DNA of 26,773 bases from Bdellovibrionota bacterium (GCA_040754655.1 JBFMCE010000049.1:1-26773), one strand, 5' to 3'. Positions 9,144 through 18,292 are shown, counted from the first letter of the stretch. Numbers and translations: made by a program. The notes: generated from the sequence alone by a model not told the origin.

Positions 9144-10715
9144 ATGAAAATGACGCGACGGATTGCGTTTCAAGTTCTGACAATACTCGGTTTGTGCCTT
9201 GGGTTCGGTTTGGTTTCGCCGTCTTACGCCCAAGAACAATCGGTAGACAGTCCTGCGGCGGCTAGGCAAGCATTCGAAAACGGGATTCGCCTAAACTCCT
9301 CGGGCGATCACTATGCAGCGGCCATCCATTTTTTCAATGTGTATACCCTTGAGGGCGAGCTTCAGTATCCGGCATTAGGCCATCTTACTGAAAGTTTGAT
9401 GCGAGCGAGGCTGCCGAATTCCGCGAGCTACTTTTTCATCAAGGCCTTGCAAAGCGGAAACAGGGTGGCCATTCAGAGGGTGCTCAAATATTTGCCTGAA
9501 ATGATCGATGAGGTCGGCGGAGATCTTTTGCGCAAGTACGTCTTGCGCCATACTTCGGAGGGCGACTATGACGCCACGACGAGAAATCATTTCTTCTACT
9601 TCCTGGGTAAAGATGCGTTGTTGAAGGATGAACCTCAAAAGGCGTTGCAGGCGTTGGCCAAGGTTTCTTCAGGCTCCGGAATCATGGCTCAAGCAGCGTA
9701 CGTGCGAGGCGCGGCATACGCCATCTTGAACCAACATGACAATGCCGCCGGGTCATTCAAGACTTGCCGAAGAATGGCGGATCGGGCCGAGGCTCGGTCA
9801 AGGCATTTCAAGAAAGAGTACCTTGATCTGGAAGCGCGTTGCACGGCGAGTCTGGCGAGAGCCTATTACCAACGCGGAAGCCACGAGGCTTCGGAGGAAG
9901 TTTACGACGAGATTCCGAAGGCGAGCTTCGTTTGGACTGACGTTCTCTTTGAGCAGGCTTGGAACGCGTACGCCAAGGGCGATTACAATCGAGCCCTAGG
10001 CAAGCTGGTGACCTATCGCTCTCCGTCGTTGAACTTCGTCTTCAACCCCGAGGTCGATATTCTCAGGGCGCAAAGCTTCCTCTCCCTTTGCGCTTATGAA
10101 GACGTGAATAAAACTGTAAACGAATTTAATGATCAATACGCCGGAGTCGGCCTTCAGATCAAAAATCTGCTGTTGAAAAACGAGAGCGACTTCACGGCCT
10201 TCTATGGGATTGCGAAACAAGCCTATTCGCGAAAACTGCACAACCAAAACTTGCTGACTAGGGCTTTGAACCGGTTCATTAGAGGGCCCTATTTCGCGGG
10301 CATGATGTATCAGGAAAGAAACATCCGCAGAGAGCTTTCATTGGTGCAGAGGCTGGCCAACCAGCGTGGCCAAGGAAGGTTCAGCGCGTTTCTCGAGAAA
10401 GTCCTGAACTGGCGGACCAAGACCGTGCGGATTCTCGGCGGAGTGTTCGTCAGGAATTCGCTGGCCGACTTGTATCAAGATATGATCGCGAACTTCGATA
10501 AAATGTCTTTCATAAAACTCGAGATGCTCAAGCACAGCAAACAGAGGCTTGAGCGTAAGGCTCTGATGAGCGAAGACGAAAACGGCGTTCTTAAGCGCGG
10601 CGCGTCCGGTATTGACAGGAAGGACTATCAATACTTTTGGACCTTCAACGGCGAGTTTTGGCTAGATGAGTTGGGGGATTATGTTTTTGCGTTGGAGTCT
10701 CAGTGTGGCGGGTAG
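9144..10715 (+). CDS. GltC-like periplasmic TPR protein (adventurous gliding / Nfs family)
   Basis: Signal peptide (…SPSYA-QE), TPR-like helices (WTDVLFEQAW, YNRALGKL) and C-terminal YFWTFNGEFWLDELGDY…SQC, resembling the conserved GltC C-terminus. Confidence 0.8.
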   Translation: MKMTRRIAFQVLTILGLCLGFGLVSPSYAQEQSVDSPAAARQAFENGIRLNSSGDHYAAAIHFFNVYTLEGELQYPALGHLTESLMRARLPNSASYFFIKALQSGNRVAIQRVLKYLPEMIDEVGGDLLRKYVLRHTSEGDYDATTRNHFFYFLGKDALLKDEPQKALQALAKVSSGSGIMAQAAYVRGAAYAILNQHDNAAGSFKTCRRMADRAEARSRHFKKEYLDLEARCTASLARAYYQRGSHEASEEVYDEIPKASFVWTDVLFEQAWNAYAKGDYNRALGKLVTYRSPSLNFVFNPEVDILRAQSFLSLCAYEDVNKTVNEFNDQYAGVGLQIKNLLLKNESDFTAFYGIAKQAYSRKLHNQNLLTRALNRFIRGPYFAGMMYQERNIRRELSLVQRLANQRGQGRFSAFLEKVLNWRTKTVRILGGVFVRNSLADLYQDMIANFDKMSFIKLEMLKHSKQRLERKALMSEDENGVLKRGASGIDRKDYQYFWTFNGEFWLDELGDYVFALESQCGG

Positions 10716-10728
10716 GTTTGAAGGCGTG

Positions 10729-13700
10729 ATGAAGTCTTGCAGATGGCCCGTCTTATTGGTGGTTTGGAGTCTTTTTTTTCCGGCCCTCGGATTTTCTTAC
10801 TCCGATTCGCAGTTTCAGTCGGTCACGACCGAGGAAGAAGCTCAGGTCAACCGGATCAGGGACCAAGAGATTTCACAGCTCAAGATCGTATTAGGGAGGC
10901 GATTCGCCGAATCGCGGCGTCCTGATATCTTGTTGCGACTGGCAGAGCTGTACACTGAAAAGTACCGATTCTATTTCCTCAAAGAGAACGAAATCTACCA
11001 AAAGCTCCACAAGCAGGGACAGCGCCCCAAAACCGTAGACCATACCCGATCTCGGGCTCAGTTGAAATCCTCGACGAATGTTTGCCTTTCAGTATTGAAT
11101 TCAAAGGTCCCGTTCAAGAAACTCGACCAAGTTTACTACTACCTTGGTTACAACGCGCAAGAATCAGGAAATGAGCGTGCAGCGTTGAATTACCTCGGGA
11201 TACTGGTGAGAAAGTATCCCAACAGCATCTTCGCAGCTGAAGCGTATCGAAGTCTCGGTGATTATGCTTTTGAAGATCAGAAGTACGGGCAGGCGGTTTC
11301 ACTTTTTGAGAAGGCCGCACGGTACACGAACGTGCCGAGTCACCCTAGGACGCTCTACAAGCTCGCCTGGTCTTACTACCGCGTGAAACGCAAGACCGAT
11401 GCGCTCAACACCATGAAGCGGGTCATCAGCCTATCCACCGCGGCCAATGAGAAGTTCGTGGGCCTGCGCGAGGAATCTTTGAATGACGTCGTGCTTTTCT
11501 TTTCCGAGGCCGGCCGTTATGACGACGCCAAATCTTATTTTTCAGAGATTAAAGGCGGAGCCGAAATCTATGTGACTGCCCTGGGTAAGCTTTCGACTCT
11601 TTACGCAAAAAGAGGCGAATACAAACTCGCCATCGGCGTCAACAATGCCTTGCTCGAAGAATACGGCGAAAAGAGGCCAGAGCTTGTGCACCAGATGCAC
11701 CGGCAGAATGTAGAGCTCTACCGCAAGCTGGGCGACGGCAAAGGCGAGGAAAACGCGCTTCGCAGGCTCGTGCAGTATTTTTCAGACCATTCCTCGGAGG
11801 TTTCAAGCTCTTCGAAGGAAACGAACCCTCTTTTAGAGACCAAGGGATATTTGCGCGGGCGCGCTACGGAGGTGCATAAGGACGCGCAAAAAAAAGGCGT
11901 GGGCCGTGAACGAGCTGTCGACATGTATTCGCGGGCAGCCGATTTGTACGGGCTTTACATCAAGGCTTTCCTTGAGAGACCCCGAGATGACAAAGACCGC
12001 AAAGAGCTCTCTGAGATCCGGATTTACCGTTCAGACGCGCTGCTTGCTGCCAAGCGAGAGCCCGAGGCCATGACAGAGCTCGAGCTCGCGCTTCAAGCCG
12101 ATGGAGATTCAAAGCATAGGAGAGAGGCGGGCGCTACTCTTCTCAACATCCTCATCAAAAAAATTGATGCCGACAAATCAAAGAACAAGAACTTCACCGA
12201 GAATGAAAAGAAGTTCGTGAACCTTTCAGAGGCCTTTGAAGACATCTTCCCAAAAGACAAACTTGTCGCCGAACTTCGCTATAAGCGTGCGCGACTCGTG
12301 GCCGCCAAGTCCGGCCCTGAAGGTCTGTCGAAAGAAGCGCGCAGTGCCCTTTCTGAGATGGTTGAAAAGTACCCCGCTCGCGCAGAGGCGATCGAGGCCG
12401 CTCAAGAACTGATCGCAGATGCGGTCAAGCGTAAAGACCCTGAAAATGCGGCAGATCTCGCGAGATCATACCTTGAAAACAACTCCCTGCTTTCGAACGA
12501 CAGGAAGGGCGAGTTTCGTCAGTATCTGAGGTCTGTCTTGGCGCGCGAGTCTTTCGCTGCGGTTCAAGAAGTTGAAAAAGACGAAGAGTACGAAAAAGCT
12601 GGTCGTGATTATGAAAGGCTTGCGGCGACTCCGGGCATTGATTCCGATGTTTCGTACCGGGCGCTGAACAACGCCGTAGTGAATTTTGAGAAAGCCGGGA
12701 AGCTTGACGACGCGGAACGCGTCTTGCTCTCGATGCATCAAAAGTTCCCCAAAAAATCGGATCCGCGCGAACGACTCAAAGGATTGGCCTCTCGAAACCT
12801 TTGGGGCAGCCGTTTTGCCGAGGCCGCAAAGCTTTACTCGAAGTTGTCGTCTTTCGATGGTTACACCCGAGACGAGAGATTGAGCTTTGTCCGCACGTCA
12901 TTTTGGCTTAGCGCTTCGATAGGCGACCCGGCTTCGGCTTATCTGACGGCCCATCGGGGTCTGAATGAACTCTGCGCCCCGATGAAACACGCCGACGACC
13001 GCTGCCACGAGCTTAGCATCGAGACCGGAAGACTCTTGACTGAGGCGAATCGCCTGCAAGAGGGAGTGTCGCATTTGAGGGCTTACCTCGCAAAAAGCCT
13101 TCCGCGGCAGAGAAGGGCTGAAGCTGCCTTCATTCTCGCCGAGACTTATCGTGATTTGCACGAGAACAGGAAGTACTCGCAGTACCTTGAAGAAGCCGCA
13201 GCTTCGATTGGCAAGGGTTCTTCGAAAAGAAAGAAGCAAGAGGCCGCGGATTCGCTTCAAGAACGGAACTTCGCCGCCAGGGCCGCTTTCTTGCTCGTCG
13301 AACCCCACTTCCGGAGGTTCAATCAAATTCGTCTTGGGTTTCCAGAATCTGCTCTCAAGGCGCAAACACGAGAAAAACTCTCGCTGCTCGAGAGCCTGGT
13401 CACCCGGTATTCGCAAGTCGTTGGATATGGCGATGGCGAGTGGGGGATCGCAGCGCTGGAACGCCTGCATGATGCATTTTCGAGCTTCTCGCGAGAGCTT
13501 GAGGCGGCTCCCGTTCCAGCGAAACTTGAAGCTGCCGCGCGTGAACAGTATGTTCGAGGCATCCGGCAGGTAAGCGCCCCGATGGCGATGCGAGCCACCG
13601 AGTTTTTGAAGCAGGCCTATCAAAAGGGCACGCAGCTTGAAGTCACCACGCCAACGTTTATAGCGCTGACCCAAAGGCTGAGCCGTCAATCGCCGCGAGA

Positions 13701-14445
13701 ATTCCCGCCGGCGCATTACACTTTGTACGGTGAAGATCTGCATGGGGTTGGGAAGAGCGCCCTCAAGCTCTCAGGAACGGTCGTGGCGGGCAAGGCGGAC
13801 GAGCTCAAGTCTTCAGGCCATTCTTGGCGCAAGCAGGTTTTTGATAAACTTTCGCAGAATCCGAAGTCCCCTCAAGCTTGGGTTGAGTTCGGAAACCTCG
13901 AAGCGCTTTCAGCAAGACCGAGGCTCGCTCGCCTTCTTTACGAACAAGCGCTTTCAATCAACTCGAAATACGCGCCAGCGCAGGCAAACCTTGCTGTGAT
14001 TCTTGCCTTGGAAAAACACAACATCCAGGCCAATCAGGGTTTCACCCGGGCCGCTGTGCTTGACGAGTTTGATAAGGAGATTCGTTTTAACTTGGCGAAA
14101 TCCCTCCTTGCATTTCATCATTTCAAACCCGCTTTTGAGCACCTTCGCAGCCTCTCGGCACGTTTTGCCGATGATAAGGAAATCACCGAAGCCTTGGCTG
14201 TGGCGGCTTTGGGACTAGGACAGCTTGCCTCAGCCGGCTCGAAATTAGAGGAACTCGACGCAAAAGGTAGCAAGCGATTCACTCTTTGGTACAATTGGTC
14301 TGTGTGGGCGGTTCTTTCAGGAGAGTCTAACCAACGCCAAAGGGCGATTGAACAACTCAAAGACCGTAGAGAGAGTTTGAGTCCGTTGGAAAGAAATCAG
14401 GTTGACGTAGTTTTATCGGCTTTTAGTGAGGCTAAGGTCAAATGA
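10729..14445 (+). CDS. Large TPR protein, GltD/AgmU-like, with a C-terminal GltE/AglT-like TPR extension
   Basis: Start 10729 avoids the overlap with the upstream gene and gives a signal peptide. Many TPR motifs (PDILLRLAELY, DQVYYYLGY, LYKLAWSYY). GltD-like late motifs YGDGEWGIAALERL, APVPAKL and PREFPP are followed by about 200 aa of further TPRs. Confidence 0.8.
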   Translation: MKSCRWPVLLVVWSLFFPALGFSYSDSQFQSVTTEEEAQVNRIRDQEISQLKIVLGRRFAESRRPDILLRLAELYTEKYRFYFLKENEIYQKLHKQGQRPKTVDHTRSRAQLKSSTNVCLSVLNSKVPFKKLDQVYYYLGYNAQESGNERAALNYLGILVRKYPNSIFAAEAYRSLGDYAFEDQKYGQAVSLFEKAARYTNVPSHPRTLYKLAWSYYRVKRKTDALNTMKRVISLSTAANEKFVGLREESLNDVVLFFSEAGRYDDAKSYFSEIKGGAEIYVTALGKLSTLYAKRGEYKLAIGVNNALLEEYGEKRPELVHQMHRQNVELYRKLGDGKGEENALRRLVQYFSDHSSEVSSSSKETNPLLETKGYLRGRATEVHKDAQKKGVGRERAVDMYSRAADLYGLYIKAFLERPRDDKDRKELSEIRIYRSDALLAAKREPEAMTELELALQADGDSKHRREAGATLLNILIKKIDADKSKNKNFTENEKKFVNLSEAFEDIFPKDKLVAELRYKRARLVAAKSGPEGLSKEARSALSEMVEKYPARAEAIEAAQELIADAVKRKDPENAADLARSYLENNSLLSNDRKGEFRQYLRSVLARESFAAVQEVEKDEEYEKAGRDYERLAATPGIDSDVSYRALNNAVVNFEKAGKLDDAERVLLSMHQKFPKKSDPRERLKGLASRNLWGSRFAEAAKLYSKLSSFDGYTRDERLSFVRTSFWLSASIGDPASAYLTAHRGLNELCAPMKHADDRCHELSIETGRLLTEANRLQEGVSHLRAYLAKSLPRQRRAEAAFILAETYRDLHENRKYSQYLEEAAASIGKGSSKRKKQEAADSLQERNFAARAAFLLVEPHFRRFNQIRLGFPESALKAQTREKLSLLESLVTRYSQVVGYGDGEWGIAALERLHDAFSSFSRELEAAPVPAKLEAAAREQYVRGIRQVSAPMAMRATEFLKQAYQKGTQLEVTTPTFIALTQRLSRQSPREFPPAHYTLYGEDLHGVGKSALKLSGTVVAGKADELKSSGHSWRKQVFDKLSQNPKSPQAWVEFGNLEALSARPRLARLLYEQALSINSKYAPAQANLAVILALEKHNIQANQGFTRAAVLDEFDKEIRFNLAKSLLAFHHFKPAFEHLRSLSARFADDKEITEALAVAALGLGQLASAGSKLEELDAKGSKRFTLWYNWSVWAVLSGESNQRQRAIEQLKDRRESLSPLERNQVDVVLSAFSEAKVK

Positions 14446-14813
14446 TCAGCCAAGTGAACAACCAATTCAAGCCTTGGGTTTTAGTTGCATGCGGCATTGC
14501 CTTGTTTTTTTCGTCTGATCCGGTTTTTGCGCAGAAAAAAAGCCGCTTTCGGTCGGGCACCGAGGTTCGTTCGGCGAAGCCGCGGAAACTCCCCAAAGTT
14601 GAAGGCCATAATGTCGTGCGCGAAGAAGGAAAGATCGTGGCTTACAAGAAACGCAGCGCAGTTGATTTAGATGATACTTTATTGGAAGGCGAAGTGCGAA
14701 ACCCATCAGAGTTCTACTTTGTTCACCGTCCGGAAGAGAAGTTTGGGAGCTTGGTGAAGAAGCGTAAGAATTTTCACAAGGAGATGCTTCGCGATACGGT
14801 GATGATACGATGA
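14442..14813 (+). CDS. Small secreted GltF/CglF-like protein
   Basis: Signal peptide (…PVFA-Q) and motif KKRSAVDLDDTLLEGEVRNP…FGSLVKKRKNFHKEM typical of this family. ATGA overlaps with both neighbours. Confidence 0.75.
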   Translation: MISQVNNQFKPWVLVACGIALFFSSDPVFAQKKSRFRSGTEVRSAKPRKLPKVEGHNVVREEGKIVAYKKRSAVDLDDTLLEGEVRNPSEFYFVHRPEEKFGSLVKKRKNFHKEMLRDTVMIR

Positions 14814-16837
14814 ATGACCAAGTCGTCGTTTTAACGGTGAGAAGTCAAAAGGCCTCGGGCGAAAGGATCTTCAGGCTCCATAAGAAAAGGGCCGTCTTAG
14901 GATCAGCGACTTCGAGCGATTTGAGGCTCGATGACGGTTCAGTGAGCCCAATCCACGCGATTCTAGAGGTGAGCGGGGTTGATGGCAAGCCCGTCATTTA
15001 TGATCTCGCGAGCGATTCGGGCCTTCAGGTGAACGGAGCGACAACGGTCCAGGCGACTCTCAACCCTCAAGACCAACTTCAAATCGGGCCTTACTTGATC
15101 ACCGTCCAGGTCCAAAAGCTGGGCGAGATTCCTAAGACTCCTGAAAGAGTCCGAGAGTCCTTCGGACAAAAGTTATTTGTGAGCGAGAAGGAAGATCTCG
15201 CCCCTCTTCTGCTTGAGAATGAAGCCGAGGTTATCGACATTTTCGACCGCAGGCCGGAGTCGAAAACAAGCCTTCAAGTCGTGATGTTCTACAACGATAC
15301 CATTCTTGACGTAGAGCATTTCGTTGACAAAAAGAAGGTGCTCATCGGACCGGTCATGGGAGCTGATTTCCCCATCCCGCCGGTATTGCCGACTGCCGAT
15401 GCTGGCCGTTTTGATCTAGTCACGAATGAGAGCGGCCAGTATCTTCTTCATTTGCACGAGAAGATGGAAGGGGTGGTCAGCCAAAACGGGCGACTGGCCT
15501 CTTTGAAAGAAGTCATGAGCGCGGTTTCAACCGCGGGATCCAAGAGCTATCGTCTTGAAGACAAGGGATTTGCGAAGGTTAAGTTCGGCGACATCAGCTT
15601 CTTCCTGAATTTTACGCCAGCGCCTCCGCAGCTCAAGCGTCCAAAGCTTTTTGAAAAAGACCCTCTCTTCTTGCGCGTGTGGTTGGCTTCTCTTGCGCTG
15701 ACGGCGCTTGTTCTCGTCACGATCACTTCGGTGACAGTGGACCCTAAGGTTGAGATTGAACAACTTCCTGAGCGGGTTGCGACGATTATTTATGAGCCGA
15801 AGCTCTTGCCGGTTGAGCGACCGCCGATGCCGAAGGCCCAACCCACCGAGCCGGTTGCCTCAGAGAAAAAGGCGCGTCCATCAGAGCCCCCAAAGGTCAT
15901 CAAGGTGGTCGATCCTAAGACACCGAAAACCGAAGCTCCGAAGAATGCAATGATCGGCGAGAAGACCCAGGTTGTGAAGAAAGACGACGATCGTCCGCAA
16001 GCCGTGAAGCCTGACAACAGGCCAAAGGCGGTAGCTCAGAAAGCTTCTGGGCAAGAGGGCGCTGGCGCGAAGGCGATCGGCCAAGAAGGACGGCGTGGCG
16101 AAGCCAATAAGCCGAAAGCCGCGGTTGCTCAGCAGAAAGCTTTGCGTCCGGGAGAAGGCAGGCCTACGAGCGGAGCTGTCGCCAATAAGGGGCGCTCGCA
16201 GACAAACGATCTCGGCGTGGTAGACATGTTCAAATCGCAGCAAGGCGTTTTGAATAAGTTGCTTGCTGGCGGAAAAGGCGTGCAAAACGCTGCATCAAAA
16301 TTGGAAGGCTATAGCGGTTTTACGTCGCAAGGGCAGGGCGGCCTTGGCGCCGCAGGTTCAGGCAGCGGCGGAGGCGGTCAGTCCATGGGGCTTGGAGGGT
16401 TGGCGGATAAAGGCTCTGGAGGCGGAAAGAAAGGCAGTGGCCTTGGCGCTTTAGGAAGCGGAGGAAATATTCTTGGTGGCACGGGTAAACTCGCGATCGA
16501 CTCCGGCGGTGGAAGCGGTGAGCCCGTCGTGCAAGGAGCCATCGATGCCGATGCAATCGCGCGCGAACTCGCGAAATACGCGGATCAAATCAAGTATTGT
16601 TATGAGAAAGAAATCAATGCCGAGCGCCCTGATCTCGCAGGAAGAGTGGGAATACGCTTTGTCATCGGAGCGAGCGGTTCCGTGACGAGCGCCGGAGTCA
16701 GCAGCACCTCATTGAAACACGCTCCCACTGAAGGGTGCGTGATCGAAGTCATTAAGCGCATTCAGTTTCCACAAGTCCGAGGCGGCGGCATTGTCGAAGT
16801 GAGTAGGACATTCGTGTTCAAGCCTTCGAATAAGTAG
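14810..16837 (+). CDS. GltG/PglI-like protein: FHA domain, single TM helix, Pro/Lys- and Gly-rich linker, TonB-like AgmX/PglI C-terminal domain
   Basis: FHA-like VLGS…VSPIHA…DLAS…VNG. TM VWLASLALTALVLVTITSV. C-terminal IKYCYEKE…LAGRVGIRFVIGASGSV…GCVIEVIKRIQFP…GGGIVEV. Confidence 0.85.
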   Translation: MNDQVVVLTVRSQKASGERIFRLHKKRAVLGSATSSDLRLDDGSVSPIHAILEVSGVDGKPVIYDLASDSGLQVNGATTVQATLNPQDQLQIGPYLITVQVQKLGEIPKTPERVRESFGQKLFVSEKEDLAPLLLENEAEVIDIFDRRPESKTSLQVVMFYNDTILDVEHFVDKKKVLIGPVMGADFPIPPVLPTADAGRFDLVTNESGQYLLHLHEKMEGVVSQNGRLASLKEVMSAVSTAGSKSYRLEDKGFAKVKFGDISFFLNFTPAPPQLKRPKLFEKDPLFLRVWLASLALTALVLVTITSVTVDPKVEIEQLPERVATIIYEPKLLPVERPPMPKAQPTEPVASEKKARPSEPPKVIKVVDPKTPKTEAPKNAMIGEKTQVVKKDDDRPQAVKPDNRPKAVAQKASGQEGAGAKAIGQEGRRGEANKPKAAVAQQKALRPGEGRPTSGAVANKGRSQTNDLGVVDMFKSQQGVLNKLLAGGKGVQNAASKLEGYSGFTSQGQGGLGAAGSGSGGGGQSMGLGGLADKGSGGGKKGSGLGALGSGGNILGGTGKLAIDSGGGSGEPVVQGAIDADAIARELAKYADQIKYCYEKEINAERPDLAGRVGIRFVIGASGSVTSAGVSSTSLKHAPTEGCVIEVIKRIQFPQVRGGGIVEVSRTFVFKPSNK

Positions 16838-16854
16838 ATCTTTTAAAGAAAGGT

Positions 16855-17568
16855 GTGTTTTTGGGTCAATTTGACCATCCGGCTCAGCAGCTTTATACCT
16901 TCGTGCAGTTGGCATTGCCGATTGGCTTTAAAGTCTTGATGGCGATTGTCTGCGGCGGATTCATAGGCTTAGAGCGCGAACTTAAGGGTAAGCCTGCAGG
17001 CGTTAAAACAAATATCCTTATCTGCCTGGGTGCCACGCTTTACACGATCATCTCTGTCTTGATGGCGGAAAGCTTTAGTGACACCGGTTTTCGGGGTGAT
17101 CCCGGCCGAATCGCTGCACAGGTCGTCGTGGGGATTGGTTTCATCGGAGCCGGGGCAATCATGCAATCGCGCGCGACTGTTGCTGGTTTGACCACCGCAG
17201 CGACGATGTGGGTGGTCTCAGCAATCGGCATGTGCATTGGTGGAGGTTATCCGGTCGTGGGTTTCGTATTCACCATGACTGTTTTGTTCACGTTGCTCGC
17301 GATCGACAGGCTTGAGACGCGTTTTATCAATCGTTCCGGTGCACGTGCAGTAGAGATCATCTTTGAAGATGATGACCTTGGCACGGTTCGCTCTGAGATC
17401 AATAAGGTCATGGCCGCAGATGAAATCGGGTTAGACGACTTTGATATCGCGAAGAATGGAAATCAATACGTCCTGCATTTGCAATACACCAACCGAGCAG
17501 CGTCGCATAAGAGATTCATCTTGGATCTCTGGAGAATCAAAGGCATTCGAGAAGTGAGGCAGTTGTGA
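16855..17568 (+). CDS. MgtC/SapB family membrane protein with C-terminal ACT-like domain
   Basis: GLERE-x2-GKPAGVKTNILICLG, DPGRIAAQVVVGIGFIGAGAI and GLTTAATMW, plus several TM helices. Confidence 0.92.
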   Translation: MFLGQFDHPAQQLYTFVQLALPIGFKVLMAIVCGGFIGLERELKGKPAGVKTNILICLGATLYTIISVLMAESFSDTGFRGDPGRIAAQVVVGIGFIGAGAIMQSRATVAGLTTAATMWVVSAIGMCIGGGYPVVGFVFTMTVLFTLLAIDRLETRFINRSGARAVEIIFEDDDLGTVRSEINKVMAADEIGLDDFDIAKNGNQYVLHLQYTNRAASHKRFILDLWRIKGIREVRQL

Positions 17569-17855
17569 GTGCTCCGACGGTCTGCAAGCATCTTCTCGTG
17601 AAGGGCGTCGTGCAAGGGGTCGGATTCAGAGAGGCGGCCTACCATGAGGCCAAACGCCTCGGTCCCCTTAAAGGGTGGGTGAGGAATATTTCAAGCGGAG
17701 ACGTTGAAGTGCTTGTTCAAGGTCCGGAAGATTTGGTGAATGCATTCATCCAATGGTGCCATAGAGGGCCGGCGGCGGCTCGAGTAGATTACGTGGACGA
17801 AAAACAAGTGAAAGTCGAGCCAGCTTTGACAAGCTTCGGGATACGACGCCTTTGA
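17565..17855 (+). CDS. acyP: Acylphosphatase
   Basis: GVVQGVGFR and GWVRN catalytic motifs, GDVEV and GPAAARV. 96 aa. GTGA overlap with the MgtC gene. Confidence 0.95.
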   Translation: MSAPTVCKHLLVKGVVQGVGFREAAYHEAKRLGPLKGWVRNISSGDVEVLVQGPEDLVNAFIQWCHRGPAAARVDYVDEKQVKVEPALTSFGIRRL

Positions 17856-17893
17856 GCGGATTCCTCGCGAAGCTTTGAAAGATTTGATAAACG

Positions 17894-17939
17894 AAAAAAG
17901 GCTGATCAACTTCAAAACGAAGCCAATCAGCCCTTTTTT
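17894..17939 (-). terminator. Intrinsic terminator of the HU gene (possibly bidirectional)
   Basis: Minus-strand RNA GGCUGAUUGGCUUC-GUUUU-GAAGUUGAUCAGCC-UUUUUU forms a 14-bp stem with G-U pairs and a U6 tail. A T-run on the + side could also terminate acyP. Confidence 0.85.
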
Positions 17940-17964
17940 AAATCTTCTGGTGAAGATGAAACGA

Positions 17965-18237
17965 TTAACGAACTGCGTTTTTAAATTCTTTACCAGCGCG
18001 AAATTTTGGAACAGTCATCGCAGGAATTCGAATCTCTTTGCCAGTTTGAGGATTGCGTCCAGCACGAGCTTTACGCTTCGACTTTGTGAATGTTCCAAAA
18101 CCTACTAGAGTAACGTCGTCGCCTTTTTTCACAGACTTCTTGATGAGTTCGAGACTGTTGTTAAGTACTGCCTCTACGTCGGTCTTCGTAAGTGAAGTGG
18201 CTTTTGAAACCTGTTCGACGAGTTGAGCTTTGTTCAT
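17965..18237 (-). CDS. hup: DNA-binding protein HU
   Basis: MNKAQLV, VTLVGFGTF, GRNPQTG and PKFRAGKEFK. 90 aa. GGAGG SD at 18246-18250 (minus strand). Confidence 0.96.
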   Translation of the reverse strand: MNKAQLVEQVSKATSLTKTDVEAVLNNSLELIKKSVKKGDDVTLVGFGTFTKSKRKARAGRNPQTGKEIRIPAMTVPKFRAGKEFKNAVR

Positions 18238-18292
18238 TAAAATATCCTCCAGTGATGGTTTCGTCGTTTATGTTTTGATTTAGATGAAAGGA

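Noticed and set aside
10666..10728. ORF-track start of the large TPR protein at 10666
   Set aside because: It overlaps the conserved C-terminus of the GltC-like gene by 50 nt. ATG 10729 gives a clean signal peptide.
12898..13743. 281-aa minus-strand ORF
   Set aside because: Antisense shadow of the GltD-like gene, with no recognisable motifs.
16330..16520. GGC-rich repetitive DNA
   Set aside because: It encodes the Gly-rich linker expected in GltG/PglI proteins and is not a tandem-repeat element.
17875..18108. 77-aa plus-strand ORF
   Set aside because: It runs through the terminator and antisense into hup, with no coding features.
18268..18280. IHF-site-like AATCAA-AACA-TAA (minus strand) in the hup leader
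   Set aside because: One mismatch to WATCAANNNNTTR in an AT-rich region, which is easily due to chance.
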